Assembly (NCBI GenBank): GCA_963802945.1
Contig: CAWDKY010000017.1
Location: 1-64,000 of the forward strand
DNA length: 64,000 nt
From: an uncultured delta proteobacterium
GTDB lineage: Bacteria > Desulfobacterota > RBG-13-43-22
Reading direction: 5' to 3'
In this document: piece after piece, positions 1-10,191 of the stretch
How the letters are laid out: each line of letters starts with the position of its first letter
How positions within the stretch are numbered: the stretch's first letter is position 1
The notes under the pieces: model-generated
Told to the model about the DNA's origin: nothing
Seen by the model: the letters and a program-made list of their open reading frames with translations, nothing else
Database searches by the model: none
Position numbers and translations under genes: made by a program

Positions 1-133
1 ACTGCAAACTGCTCTGGCTGGCTAGTTCGATACCGGGTGTGTATACTCTCGGTAGCTGGATGGGGCCAGCAGGTCGCTGCCCAGCACTTGCACTTTGTCT
101 CTGGGTTTACCTGCTTCGGTAGGAGGAAATGCC

Positions 134-1088
134 ATGTCATTCGGTGTTCGGAGGCAGATGTTCTTTCATGGTTTTCTCGGTTTGGGCATACTGATCTTGC
201 TTGCCGGCATGGGCCAAGGTGCCGAGCCAGATGCACAGCCGAAGGAAATCACGAACTCCATCGGCATGAAGCTGGTCTTGATCCCGGCAGGCAAGTTCAT
301 GATGGGCTCACCCAAGGATGAGAAGGATCGCGGCGATGATGAAGAGCAGCACGAAGTATCGATCACCAAACCGTTCTACCTGGGCGTCTATTTGGTGACC
401 CAGGCCGAGTACGAGAAAGTCATGGGGAACAATCCCAGTTGGTTCTCCGCCAAGGGCGACGGCAAGGACAAAGTCAAGGACATAGACACAAGTCTCTTTC
501 CGGTCGAAATGGTGTACTGGAACAATGCCATCGCTTTCTGCAAGAAACTATCGGAGTTGCCGGAAGAGAAAAAGGCGGGGCGGGTTTATCGACTGCCGAC
601 GGAGGCGGAGTGGGAATATGCCTGCCGGGCCGGAACCAAGACGGTCTTCCACTACGGCGATTCGCTGTCGTCCAAGCAAGCCAACTTTGATGGCCGTTTC
701 CCGTATGGCCAGGTCGAGGAGGGGCCCCATCTTGGGAGAACCACGAAGGTCGGTTCCGTATGCGCCGAACGCCTTCGGGCTGTGTGACATGCACGGCAAC
801 GTTTGGCAGTGGTGCGAGGACTGGTACAACAGGGACTACTATCGGAATAGGCCCAAGGAAGACCCTCCGGGGCCAGCAACCGGCTCTCCGGTTCGCAGTA
901 TGGCTTCAAGGGGCCCGTCCAGGGGAGACCATTCGAGGCCAGACACCTACACGCACCGGGTCATTCGGGGTGGGAGCTGGGCCAACTCTGGTTCGGGCTG
1001 CCGTTCCGCGATACGCTCCGTGAACAATCCGGGGATGGAAACCATCTACGTCGGCTTCCGCGTGGCCACAGTTCAGTCTGGGAACTGA
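134..1088 (+). CDS. Formylglycine-generating enzyme (SUMF1/FGE-sulfatase) domain protein with signal peptide; frameshift near 760
   Basis: ORF 95..787 (NSIGMKLVLIPAGKFMMGS, RLPTEAEWEYACRAG) continues in ORF 525..1088 (PNAFGLCDMHGNVWQWC, RVIRGGSW, GFRV). AGGAGG RBS before ATG 134. Confidence 0.9.
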
Positions 1089-1193
1089 GCGAAGACAAGT
1101 AAGGCAAAAGCGGAGTTTGTCGCGGAGGGCAGGAGCGACGAGTGGGGCAAGTGACTTGATATCAACGATAGTTCCAAAATCAGGAGAATTGCA

Positions 1194-2049
1194 ATGCATT
1201 CTGACGGCACACGGAGAGATTTCCTTCGGGATAGCGTGGTGATCGGCGCGGCGGTGACGGCGTTCCATTCAGCCCTGGCTGGGGCGGCGGAAAGTGCGAC
1301 GATGCCGAGCATTCGGCTTGGCAAGCTCGAAGTCTCGCGCTCTGATCCTGGGCAGCAATCCTTTCTTCGGCTTCAGCCACGGTAATCCGCAAGCCTCGGA
1401 CCGGGAAATGCGTGAGTACTACACGCCGGAGCGGATCATGGCCGTGCTCGACGCTGCGGCAGCGCATGGAATCACCGCTGTCTGGACGCCCTGTTATGAC
1501 CACTGGCTGCGCCTCTGGGACAACTACCAGGAAAAAGGCGGCAAGCTGAAGATCTGGATCGCTCAGCCCGACACGGAGCCAATGGAGAAAGAGATCACGG
1601 CCGCCATCAAGCACGGGGCCAAGGCGGTGTGCATCCAGGGCGCTCAGATCGACGCCAAGGTTTCAGGCGGGAAGTGGGACGTTGTTCGCCGCTGGTTGGA
1701 GCTGATCAAAAGCAATGACCTGCCGGCCGGCATGGCTACCCACGGCGCCCGTACGCATCTGGACGCGGAGGAACGCAAGTTGCCCACGGATTTTTACCAC
1801 CAAACGTTGTACCGGCCTGACAATTTCGTTGAAGCGGGGCTTAAAGAATCCCTGGCCACGATCGCCAAGCTGGAGAAGCCTGTGGTTGCCTACAAGGTCC
1901 TGGGAGCTGGCCGCTTCCTGCCCAAGGATGCGCTGCCCAACGTGCTCAAACATCTCCGGCCCAAGGATGGGCTGTGCCTGGGTATGTTCCCCAAGAAAAC
2001 CGATGAGATCGCGGAGAATGCGAAGCTGGTGGAGAGCTTGTCAGTGTGA
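1194..2049 (+). CDS. Tat-exported aldo/keto-reductase-like (TIM barrel) protein; frameshift near 1340
   Basis: TRRDFL twin-arginine signal in 1194..1385 continues into ILGSNPFFGFSH...YKVLGAGR in 1294..2049. Confidence 0.7.
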
Positions 2050-2067
2050 ATGCTATTAGCCACAGAT

Positions 2068-2952
2068 TAACCTAGCGCGGCAGAGCCGCAACCACAGAAA
2101 TTAGAAAACGTTGCTTTCCGGTCATAGGGTAACAAGATCACCATCCCTGTAGATACGGAGAGCAACGTTATGAAGATTTTTATACAACGTTTCGGCAAAG
2201 GCATCCTGGGTATTTTGCATGGTTTTGACCGCATCCGTTTCCGGGGTACACGACGGCTTCCGGCAAATGTTGCTGGGATGTTCCAGTACTTGTGGCAACG
2301 GCAGATACTTCTCAAGGATTTTAAGGCCTTCGCTAGCGATGTGACTGCACAAATACGGCAGGCTGCTGAAGAAGTAGCCGTGAGCCAAGGCCGACCAGTG
2401 GAGTACTTGCACAACAGTGGCGTGACAACTGTTTTGCCTGGATCGAGGATTGGCAGCATGCCCAACGGCTTCTCGACCAGCAATTGCGGACAGACTGGCC
2501 GACCCTGCTGAATCGTTTGTTGAAGCAGGCCAACCCGGCGTTGGCCATCGTCGACCCATTTCCCACGCCGTATTATTGGTCACTGGAAGAAGGTGAATGG
2601 GCCAGCGATACGGCATTTGCTTCAGCGGCAGCCTTGGCAGAACTGGCGCCGCGATTGTTTCGCCATGCCTGGTTGAACTTTGCTAGTGGCGACGTGATGC
2701 GTTTTTTGGGCGCAAGGGTGTTACGGAACAGGGGCCGCACCACGTCGCCAGTCGGCAGCGATTACTCGCAAATTGTGCTTGTTGCGTGCTCATGAACTGA
2801 TTCACAAAGTGCCGAAAACGCATCGCTACCAACTAAGCCCGCGGGGCCGAGAAATAATCAATGCCCTACTAATTGCTCGCCAGGCCAGCATTGGGAAACT
2901 GGCGGCGGCATAAAAATCTTCGCCGCAGACAACGAAACTGAGTGATAGTAGT
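2068..2952 (+). mobile_element. Internally deleted mobile element without terminal inverted repeats, inserted into a REP hairpin and flanked by ACAGAT direct repeats
   Basis: ACAGAT at 2062-2067 and 2953-2958. Removing the element restores TAGCCACAGATGAACACAGAT, which pairs with ATCCGTGTCCATCCGGGGCTA (3006-3026). It contains fragments of one large ORF. Confidence 0.7.
2170..2913 (+). pseudogene. Fragmented putative transposase/Rep-like protein with C-terminal winged helix
   Basis: Collinear pieces GFDRIRFRGT (2170-), YYWSLEEGEWASD...DVMRFLG (2484-) and LLRAHELIHKVPKTHRYQLSPRG...AAA* (to ~2913), with apparent deletions between them. Confidence 0.65.
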
Positions 2953-3041
2953 ACAGATGAACACAGATTATAATGAGGAGGAACGATCACAACGATAGTT
3001 CACTTATCCGTGTCCATCCGGGGCTAGAGGTGGAAGTAAGG

Positions 3042-3106
3042 GTGCCCAAGATAATGGGGACAGGCACCTCGAAGACGCGGAGCCAGTCTCCATTGTTTTA
3101 GGCACT
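3042..3106. repeat. REP-like palindrome, GGGGACAGGCACC...GGAGCCAGTCCCC family
   Basis: Same core recurs at 6296-6396 and 8170-8237. Confidence 0.8.
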
Positions 3107-3109
3107 GCA

Positions 3110-3872
3110 ATGTGGTTCGATGGTTACCGGCGCCGGCGTCTGTTGGCCCAACCCTTCCCCGAAGGCTGGGAGGCAATCCTGGCGCGAAATGTGGCTCATT
3201 ACGGCCTGTTGGGCAATGAGGAACAAGGGCGTCTGCGCGACGACCTGCGCATTTCTGGTCGCGGAGAAGAACTGGGAAGGGTGCCGCGGGTTGCAAATTA
3301 CCGATGAAATCATGGTGACCATCGCCGCACAGGCTGCCCTGATGCTGCTGGGTTTGAAACACGCTTACTTCCGCCGCGTGCTGTCGATTCTTGTCTATCC
3401 TTCGCTGTTCGTCATTCCGGGCGAGGAAGACGATCCAGACCTCATTGAGAAAAGGAAGGTAGCCGCCGGCCAAGCGTGGTATCGCGGTCCGGTAATTCTG
3501 GCCTGGGACAGTGTACGGACTGAGGGGAGAGATCCATCCCTGGGCCAGAACCTGGTTATCCATGAGTTCGCGCATCAACTGGATTTTCTCGATGACTCGG
3601 CCAACGGAACTCCTGACCTGGTGACGCCGCAACAGGCTGAGCGCTGGCACGACGTCATGACCGTGGAGTATGAGCGGCTACAAGAAGACATCTCCAGAGG
3701 GCGCAAGACTCTCCTGGGAAAGTACGCGGCCACCAAGGAGGCAGAGTTTTTCTCCGTGGCGTCCGAGTGTTTCTTCACGTTGCCGCAGGAATTACAGCAG
3801 CATCATGCGGAGCTATACGCGGTTCTGGCGGAGTACTACGGAGTGGAGCCGGTCAGGTGGTTTTCCGGTTGA
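3110..3872 (+). CDS. M90 (MtfA-like) zinc-dependent peptidase; frameshift near 3255
   Basis: HEFAHQLD, YAATKEAEFFSVASECFF and GQAWYRGPVILAWD motifs. N-terminus lies in ORF 3110..3307. Confidence 0.88.
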
Positions 3873-3918
3873 CAGGGCCAGGAATACTCGGTCAGATGGA
3901 AGCAGAAGGAGGTTCTCT

Positions 3919-4209
3919 GTGACTCAGATTGTCTTGACCGCCGATCAGGTGCGGGTTCTCCAAGAAGCGACCACGGTCGTCGAACTCCGTGACGAGGCAG
4001 GGCGTGTCCTGGCGCACATCCCCGCTCCGTCTGAGGAACAGATTCTTGAGCGCATTCGGCGGGATAAAGGTGCCAAGGTCGCGTCCTTCCCGGCGGAACA
4101 GGTAGAAGCACGGCTGCGTCGACTCGAAGAGATCCGGCAGCGGGAGGGGATGGATGAAACCAAGATGCACGAGCTATTGCGCCGGATGCGTGCCGGGGAA
4201 CAAGCATGA
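3919..4209 (+). CDS. Hypothetical protein, putative antitoxin
   Basis: AAGGAGG RBS then GTG 3919. Its stop overlaps the next ATG (ATGA). Confidence 0.65.
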   Translation: MTQIVLTADQVRVLQEATTVVELRDEAGRVLAHIPAPSEEQILERIRRDKGAKVASFPAEQVEARLRRLEEIRQREGMDETKMHELLRRMRAGEQA

Positions 4210-4463
4210 CGCCGTACACGGTGGAGTGGACATCCACGGCCGAGGATCAACTCACGGACATCTGGCTGGTTGCACCCGATCCCAGAGCTGTGACGACCGC
4301 AACGGCTGCCATCGACGGCCTGTTGGCACGCAATCCGTTGGCACACGGCACGGAAGTGCAGGAAGGACTCCTGAAGATTCGCATTGCTCCCCTTACCGTC
4401 TATTATGAAGTGGATTCTTCCCGGTCTGTGGTGGAAGTGTCGGCCGTTGCTCACACCCCATGA
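4206..4463 (+). CDS. RelE/ParE-like toxin
   Basis: 85 aa with YTVEWTSTAEDQLTDIW...LTVYYEVD...VEVSAV, the RelE/ParE pattern; translationally coupled to the upstream small ORF. Confidence 0.65.
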   Translation: MTPYTVEWTSTAEDQLTDIWLVAPDPRAVTTATAAIDGLLARNPLAHGTEVQEGLLKIRIAPLTVYYEVDSSRSVVEVSAVAHTP

Positions 4464-4532
4464 TAGTACTTCCAGCCAGGAGTTGATCTAGATTGGCCTG
4501 GGAATGGCATTGTTCGTTGTGCCGCTCCATAA

Positions 4533-5162
4533 TCAGGGGGACACCGAGGGGTGGTTTTCTCCCCAGCGCTGCAAGAGGTTGTGCTGAACACCGAGCTGAT
4601 CGCATATTCTGCCGACGATGAAATCGACAGCATCTGCGAGCGTGCGCGGCCGGGTGTAGAAAGCAGGCATCGCCGGAAGAACAACTGCGCCCGCTTCGGA
4701 GCAAGCAGCCAGGTTGCGCAGTTGAATGGCGTTCAGCGGCGTTTCACGCGGTACCAGGATCAGCGGACGGCGTTCCTTGATATGAACGTCCGCCGCACGG
4801 TGGATGAGGTTCTGCGACAGGCCATGAGCAATGGCGGCCGCCGTGCCCATGCTGCACGGACAGATCACCATGCCCGCCGTCAGAAACGAACCACTGGCAA
4901 TACCTGAGTGAAAATCCTGGAAATGGTGGTAATGCACCTGACCCTCGGCGGCAAGAGCTGCTGCATCCGCGAGCAGCGTGCCGAGCTGGAAATGGTCGAG
5001 CAACAACCGCCGGCCCATCTCGTACTCCAGAACTGCTGCGGCCGAGGGACTGATTGTGAGATGCACCGTGCGGCCGGCGCGTACAAGCACTTCGAGCAAG
5101 CGCACGCCGTAGGGCGATCCACTTGCACCAGTCATGGCCAATACGAGATCGGTTGCGGCCAT
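4533..5162 (-). CDS. ubiX: Flavin prenyltransferase UbiX
   Basis: AMTGASG, ASGSF, CPCSMGT, KERRPLILVPRETP, PAMPAFY motifs. Confidence 0.95.
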   Translation of the reverse strand: MAATDLVLAMTGASGSPYGVRLLEVLVRAGRTVHLTISPSAAAVLEYEMGRRLLLDHFQLGTLLADAAALAAEGQVHYHHFQDFHSGIASGSFLTAGMVICPCSMGTAAAIAHGLSQNLIHRAADVHIKERRPLILVPRETPLNAIQLRNLAACSEAGAVVLPAMPAFYTRPRTLADAVDFIVGRICDQLGVQHNLLQRWGENHPSVSP

Positions 5163-5263
5163 CGCGTTCTATCTCAGGGCGTGTGAAAATGTCGCCAGGT
5201 GGAAACACCGGAGTGCGCGGTAACTCCTTGGGGCGGTAACATGCTTTCGCGGCCCGATGGGGG

Positions 5264-5288
5264 AGAACGGAATGAATTCCGTTCTACG
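5264..5288. repeat. Short REP palindrome GAACGGAATNAATTCCGTTCTAC
   Basis: Near-identical copy at ~8239-8261. Confidence 0.75.
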
Positions 5289-5332
5289 GGGCGCCAAAGC
5301 ATGGCACCCTCAGGGCATCATTTTACACGCAC

Positions 5333-6127
5333 TTACGGATTTATAGCAGGAGGCCTGGCTTTGTCGGCGCCGGGTTCCGTGGCGTGGCCGTCATTTGCTG
5401 GTTGTCCGTCGCTTGTTCCGGCAACGTGCTGAGTTTCTCGATCCTTGCCTGGCCTGATCACGCCTGAGTCAATCTTGGAGGCCACTTGCTGGCCAATCAA
5501 AGGCATTTCCTGGGGATCCGCCGTCGATACGGGCCCGCGCAGGAAATGATACAGCAAATAACCGACGACAGCGGCCAGAAGCAACAAGATCAATAGGGGC
5601 TTGACGTGATTAACCTGTCGCTCGGCTCGCCAAACCAAATCGCGGAACTGGTCACCAAACTCAAAAGCCAGAAAGAAAAGAAGAGTGTGGCCGAAGACCG
5701 CCGCAATGCCATCCGCCAACAAGAACCGCAGGAATGACAGCCGCATTATCCCCGCGCTGATGAATATGGGAGTGCGAATGGCTGGCACCCAGCGGATCAC
5801 GAGCAGCACTTTGATGCCATAGCGGTGATAATTGCGCTCGATCCGCTTCCATTTTTCCGGTGGCAGAAGCCGTTTTACCCATGGACGCTCCAGCAAGTGG
5901 GGACCAGACCATCGACCAATGCTGTACAGTATTACATCTCCGAGCACCACGCCGACGTAGCAGACGAGCAGGATCAACCAGCGTAGTGGGTCGTGTGGAT
6001 CACCGGCAACCCAAATGCCCGCAGTGATGGTAGGTATTTCTTCGGGAAATGGTAACGCACAGCCGGAGGCCACAAGGTAGGCGAAGGCGGCAGCATAGTA
6101 AGGCCAGTAGTCGCTCAGTTCGTGCAT
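5333..6127 (-). CDS. DedA family membrane protein
   Basis: PFPEE, GDVILYSIGR, RWVPAIR, AGIMRLSFLRF motifs. Confidence 0.9.
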   Translation of the reverse strand: MHELSDYWPYYAAAFAYLVASGCALPFPEEIPTITAGIWVAGDPHDPLRWLILLVCYVGVVLGDVILYSIGRWSGPHLLERPWVKRLLPPEKWKRIERNYHRYGIKVLLVIRWVPAIRTPIFISAGIMRLSFLRFLLADGIAAVFGHTLLFFLAFEFGDQFRDLVWRAERQVNHVKPLLILLLLAAVVGYLLYHFLRGPVSTADPQEMPLIGQQVASKIDSGVIRPGKDRETQHVAGTSDGQPANDGHATEPGADKARPPAINP

Positions 6128-6239
6128 GCTTATCCGAGCTGTCCGTATGATCCGTGGTTCGACGCCAAGCAAGTCGGAAAAAATAACTGCCTCCCATTAT
6201 GAAGAAATGGCGGGATAGGGAAAAGGTCAGTCAGTGGGG

Positions 6240-6396
6240 AGTGACGAGTGATGAGTGCTGAGTAATGAGTAATGAGTGCTGAGTAATGAGTGCTGAGAGC
6301 TTGTGAAAAAATGGGGACAGGCACCGGCTGGCCGTCACTATTCTCAGGGTTTTGTGCGGGTTGGCCGGAGCCAGTCCCCATTTTTTCACAAGCTCT
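6240..6396. repeat. Heptamer tandem array (GAGTAAT/GAGTGCT) with an embedded 101-bp REP/MITE (6296-6396)
   Basis: About eight 7-mers, then perfect terminal inverted repeats AGAGCTTGTGAAAAAATGGGGA / TCCCCATTTTTTCACAAGCTCT. Confidence 0.85.
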
Positions 6397-6557
6397 GAGT
6401 GCAGTGTGTAGCATCTTGAGGCTTGTCATATTGCGGTGGTTGGCTAATACATGATTGAAGGCGCAAGTTCGCTCAATTCATCCGTTCTTCCAGTGTAGGA
6501 AATGACATATCATGACAGGAAATTACTGCGCTGCGGGGCAGCGGGGAGGTTTTTTCA

Positions 6558-7361
6558 ATGACTACTGCGCGTGATCCCCTTGACAAACTAGCCCAGCCTA
6601 CTCTCGGTGACTTGCTGCACCGGTACTTGCAGCGTCAGGCGACGGCAGCTACCGAAGGGCTTGGTCTTGCCGAGACGCTCGATGAAATTAGGCCTTATGA
6701 TGTTGCGCAGGTCCAGCCGGTCGATCCCCGGTTGGCCTGGAACGATGCAGTGGCTGTTCTGGACTGTTTCAAGACCCCTATGAAAACGCCATCCCAGCCC
6801 CCCCTGGATTGGCCCGTCATCGTGGCCCAGCACGAACCTGCCGTGTCATTGGCTTTCGCGGTCGGTAATTTCCCCCAACTCGTGCGCAACTTACAACCTT
6901 TCTGGCACGCACAGAATCTCACTTCTCTCCAGCCGGTACATACGCGGACATCGCCCATGCCAGCTTTGCTCGATTGGGCCAGGGAGGCCATGGGCCAGGC
7001 CGACTGTCCGGGGCTGCTCCTAATTGCCGGCACCTTGCGGCTGGCGAAACAGGTCGCTGCCGCCAAGGATCTGTTGGCCAAGAACACCGCTCAGGTGCCC
7101 GCTGAATGGCAGCCAGCCTGGGCCAACGAGGAAGCGGCCCTTGCCTGGCATGCAGGCAACGCGGAGGAAGCAGCCAGCCTGTGGCAAGCCCAGCCGGCTA
7201 GTATTCCTGTCCTTTTCAATCGCGGTATGGCGGCCCTCTTCCACGACGATCCCGCAGCAGCACGTGGGCCGCTTTCCGAGGCAGTCACCCAACTTCCCGA
7301 AACCAGCGCCTGGCACCATCTCGGCCGCCTCTACCTCGCCCTTGCGGAAGTCAGTCGGTGA
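6558..7361 (+). CDS. Hypothetical TPR-like helical protein
   Basis: GGAGG RBS; C-terminal TPR-like VLFNRGMAALF...WHHLGRLYLAL. Confidence 0.7.
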   Translation: MTTARDPLDKLAQPTLGDLLHRYLQRQATAATEGLGLAETLDEIRPYDVAQVQPVDPRLAWNDAVAVLDCFKTPMKTPSQPPLDWPVIVAQHEPAVSLAFAVGNFPQLVRNLQPFWHAQNLTSLQPVHTRTSPMPALLDWAREAMGQADCPGLLLIAGTLRLAKQVAAAKDLLAKNTAQVPAEWQPAWANEEAALAWHAGNAEEAASLWQAQPASIPVLFNRGMAALFHDDPAAARGPLSEAVTQLPETSAWHHLGRLYLALAEVSR

Positions 7362-7566
7362 TTGGTGATTGGTCATTAGTCATTGGTCATTAGTCATTAG
7401 TCTCTAACGGCCTACACGGTTCGGTCTGGTTTGATAAAAGCCTGAAGCGCGGGCGAAGCACAATCTTCGCTTGCACTTCAGGCTTCTGTCATTTACCGTC
7501 AGGTGCAGTATGATGACCAATGACTAATGACCAATGACTAATGACTAATGACCAATGACTAATGAG
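7358..7566. repeat. Inverted heptamer arrays (GTCATTA / TAATGAC) enclosing a REP hairpin
   Basis: 7358-7402 and 7513-7566 are reverse complements; inner hairpin AGCCTGAAGCGCGGGCGAAG...CTTCGCTTGCACTTCAGGCT. Confidence 0.8.
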
Positions 7567-8126
7567 GCTTGGGAACTTGATGAACCGGAGAATGTGTCGG
7601 CAGCATCACCGCCGCCACTGGTGCGCATTGTCGAGGCGCTGCTCTTCGTCGGCGGTCAGCCGCTGACGGCCACCCGTGCTTCCGAAGTCATCCGTGGGTT
7701 GAGCGTGACTCAGTTCACGCAAACAATCGACGCGCTGAATCGTGATTATCGCCGCCAGGGCCGGCCTTACATGGTTGAGGCTCATGGTCAGGGGTACGTA
7801 TTGACCCTGCGCCTGTCCCATCGGCATGTTCTGAACAGGCTTTATGGAACCATGCGTGAGGCCCGGTTGTCTCCGCCGGCGATTGACGTTCTGGCCCTGG
7901 TTGCCTACCGCCAGCCGGTGAACAAGCAGGAGATCGACAGCGTGCGCAGCGGAATCGGGTCATTTGCTCCGTATGCTCTTGCGCCGGGGTCTGATCGCCG
8001 TCATGCACCGCGCCGAGGCCAATCAACGCGAGGTATTGTACGGCACAACACGCGCGGTTCCTGGAGCTGTTCCGGCTCCGCAGCCTGGATGACTTGCCGC
8101 AAACTCAAGATTTGCAAAGGTTATGA
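7555..8126 (+). CDS. scpB: SMC-Scp complex subunit ScpB (3' frameshifts)
   Basis: IVEALLFVGGQPL, LALVAYRQPVNKQEIDSVR; tail DDLPQTQDLQRL* in a shifted frame. Confidence 0.85.
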
Positions 8127-8169
8127 GGCCCCGCAGGTTTCCCATTATGAGGGTGGCACGCATGCCTTA

Positions 8170-8237
8170 AAGCACTAAAATAACGGGGACAGGCACCTCG
8201 AAGACTCGGAGCCAGTCCCCGTTATTTTAGGCGCTCT
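8170..8237. repeat. REP-like palindrome (GGGGACAGGCACC family)
   Basis: CTAAAATAACGGGGAC...GTCCCCGTTATTTTAG inverted repeat. Confidence 0.8.
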
Positions 8238-8262
8238 TAGAACGGAATAAATTCCGTTCTAC

Positions 8263-9246
8263 TCACCTTACAATCTTCAGCGCCGGCAATGCTTTCTGGA
8301 GTTCCGAGACTTCCGCGTCTGCTACTTTCGTGTCCCAGAGGGTAAGCTGGCACAGGCTCTTCAATCCGGCCAACTGCTTCAGACCCGCGTCATTTAGTCC
8401 CGTGTGGCTAAGGTCCAGCGCTTGCAGGTCTTTCAGCGCGGTCAACTCATTCAGGCCAGTGCCCACTACCTTCGTGCCGCCGAGTTCTAGCGATTGCAGG
8501 TTCTTCAGTCCGGCCAGCTCCTTCAGGCCCGCGTCCGTAACCAGCGTACCGCCGAGGTCCAACGATTGCAGGCCCTTCAGTCCGGCCAACTCCTTCAGAC
8601 CCGCATCCGTTACCTGTGTGTCGCGGAGGCTGAGCGATTGCAGGTTCGCCAGACTGCCCAGCTCCTTCAGGCCTGCGTCCGTCACCTTCGTGTCCCAGAG
8701 GCTTAGCGATTGCAGGCTCTTCAGCTCAGCCACTTCCTTCATGCCCGCGTCCGTTATTTTCGCATCCCATAGGCTCAGCGATTGGAGATGCTCCAATCCG
8801 GCCAGCCCCTTCAGGCCCTCCCCCGTTAGCCCCGAATGGCTAAGGTTCAGGATTTGCAAGGTCTTCAGCTCGCCCAGCTCCTTCAGACCCGCCGCCGGTA
8901 CTCCCGCGTAGGGAAAATCCAGACCAAATGCTATTTGCGGCTGTGGCAGCTTGACCACAACGCCAGGCGTCCACTTTTGAAAACGGAAGGCAGGCACCTC
9001 ACCTTTCTTCCCTTCAGAGCCTTCATGGAATAGATTGAATCGACCAGCTGACATCCAGCCGGACCTGGCACCGGCCTTTTCCCAGGCGGCAATCAGGTCT
9101 GCCGGCAATGGTTGCGCCTGGTTCGCCTTGTCAGGCTGGGTGCCAGGTTTGGCCTTGTCGGGATTGCCTTGTTTCGCGGTAGGTTCAGCGGTGCGAGTGA
9201 TGGCGGGGAAGAGTGCCAACACGAGTACGATGGCAACGGTGCGCAT
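8263..9246 (-). CDS. Secreted leucine-rich repeat protein (8 x 24-aa LRR)
   Basis: Signal peptide, AWEKAGA N-cap, repeats of LKELAGLKxLQSLxLxxTxVTDAG. Confidence 0.9.
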   Translation of the reverse strand: MRTVAIVLVLALFPAITRTAEPTAKQGNPDKAKPGTQPDKANQAQPLPADLIAAWEKAGARSGWMSAGRFNLFHEGSEGKKGEVPAFRFQKWTPGVVVKLPQPQIAFGLDFPYAGVPAAGLKELGELKTLQILNLSHSGLTGEGLKGLAGLEHLQSLSLWDAKITDAGMKEVAELKSLQSLSLWDTKVTDAGLKELGSLANLQSLSLRDTQVTDAGLKELAGLKGLQSLDLGGTLVTDAGLKELAGLKNLQSLELGGTKVVGTGLNELTALKDLQALDLSHTGLNDAGLKQLAGLKSLCQLTLWDTKVADAEVSELQKALPALKIVR

Positions 9247-9327
9247 GATTTGCTCCTTGTTCATAGTTGAAGGTGGGTCCAAAGCTTACCTAGTGAAACT
9301 ATGCAACAGCGAGCAGAAGGGCAAGGC

Positions 9328-9377
9328 TGGGTGCGGGGTGCGTGGTGCTGGGTGCGTGGCGCGGGGTGGGTGGTGCG
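9328..9377. repeat. Heptamer tandem array (GGGTGCG)
   Basis: About seven degenerate 7-mers in the intergenic space. Confidence 0.7.
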
Positions 9378-9448
9378 TCAACCGTCGTGCCACGGACCGC
9401 GCTCAAAAAGACCTTCGCTTATTTCGCCTGACAGGAAATGCTGCCAAC

Positions 9449-10051
9449 TCAACGCCTGATTTTGAGTGCCGGCAACGCCTTCTGGAGTTCAGCAACTCCC
9501 TCTCCGTTGTCTGTCACCTTCGAGCAAAAGAGGTTTAACTCTTGCAGGTTTTTCAGCCCGGCCAACTCCTTCAAGCCTGCATCCGTTATCTGTGAGTTGC
9601 AAACATTCAGCACTTGCAAGTTCTTCAATCCGGCCAGTTCCTTCAAATCCCCGTCTTCTGCGTGCATACAGGCCATGTTAAAAACGAGACCAAATGCCGT
9701 TTGTGGCTGTGGCAGCTTGGCAATGATACCGGCCGGCCGCCGGTCTTGGAAACAAAAGAGTGGCACCTCGCCTTTCTTCCCCGCGAGGCCTTCACGGAAC
9801 CCGCCGAATAGTAGATACCAAGAGGGTGAATGAAATAGACTGTAGGAATCATCTGACATCCAGCCGACCCTGGCACCCGCCTTTTCCCAGGCGGCAACCA
9901 GTTCTGCGGGCAATGGCTGCACCTGGCTCGTTTTGTCCACTGGGCCGTGAGGTTTGGCGTTGCTGGGATTGCTTTGCTTCGAGGCAGGCTCATCTGTGCG
10001 ACCGAGGCACGGGGAGAGTGTCAACACGAGTGCGATAGCAACGATGCGCAT
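9449..10051 (-). CDS. Secreted LRR protein paralogue (2 LRRs)
   Basis: Shares signal peptide, AWEKAGA cap, KKGEVP, KLPQPQ and ELQKALPALKI with 8263..9246. Confidence 0.88.
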   Translation of the reverse strand: MRIVAIALVLTLSPCLGRTDEPASKQSNPSNAKPHGPVDKTSQVQPLPAELVAAWEKAGARVGWMSDDSYSLFHSPSWYLLFGGFREGLAGKKGEVPLFCFQDRRPAGIIAKLPQPQTAFGLVFNMACMHAEDGDLKELAGLKNLQVLNVCNSQITDAGLKELAGLKNLQELNLFCSKVTDNGEGVAELQKALPALKIRR

Positions 10052-10191
10052 GACTTGCTCCTGAATCGTTGAAAGGTTGGGTCTGGAATTGCAGAATAGG
10101 TCGAGCAACGGGAGGCCGACCCACATCTATGGAGCCTACACATCATAGAAGGCAAAAGCAAGGGCTTGGGCCATGGAGTGTGGCGGCGGTG

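Noticed and set aside
8263-10051. Diversity-generating retroelement TR/VR pair
   Set aside because: No reverse transcriptase in the window, and the differences are not adenine-specific.
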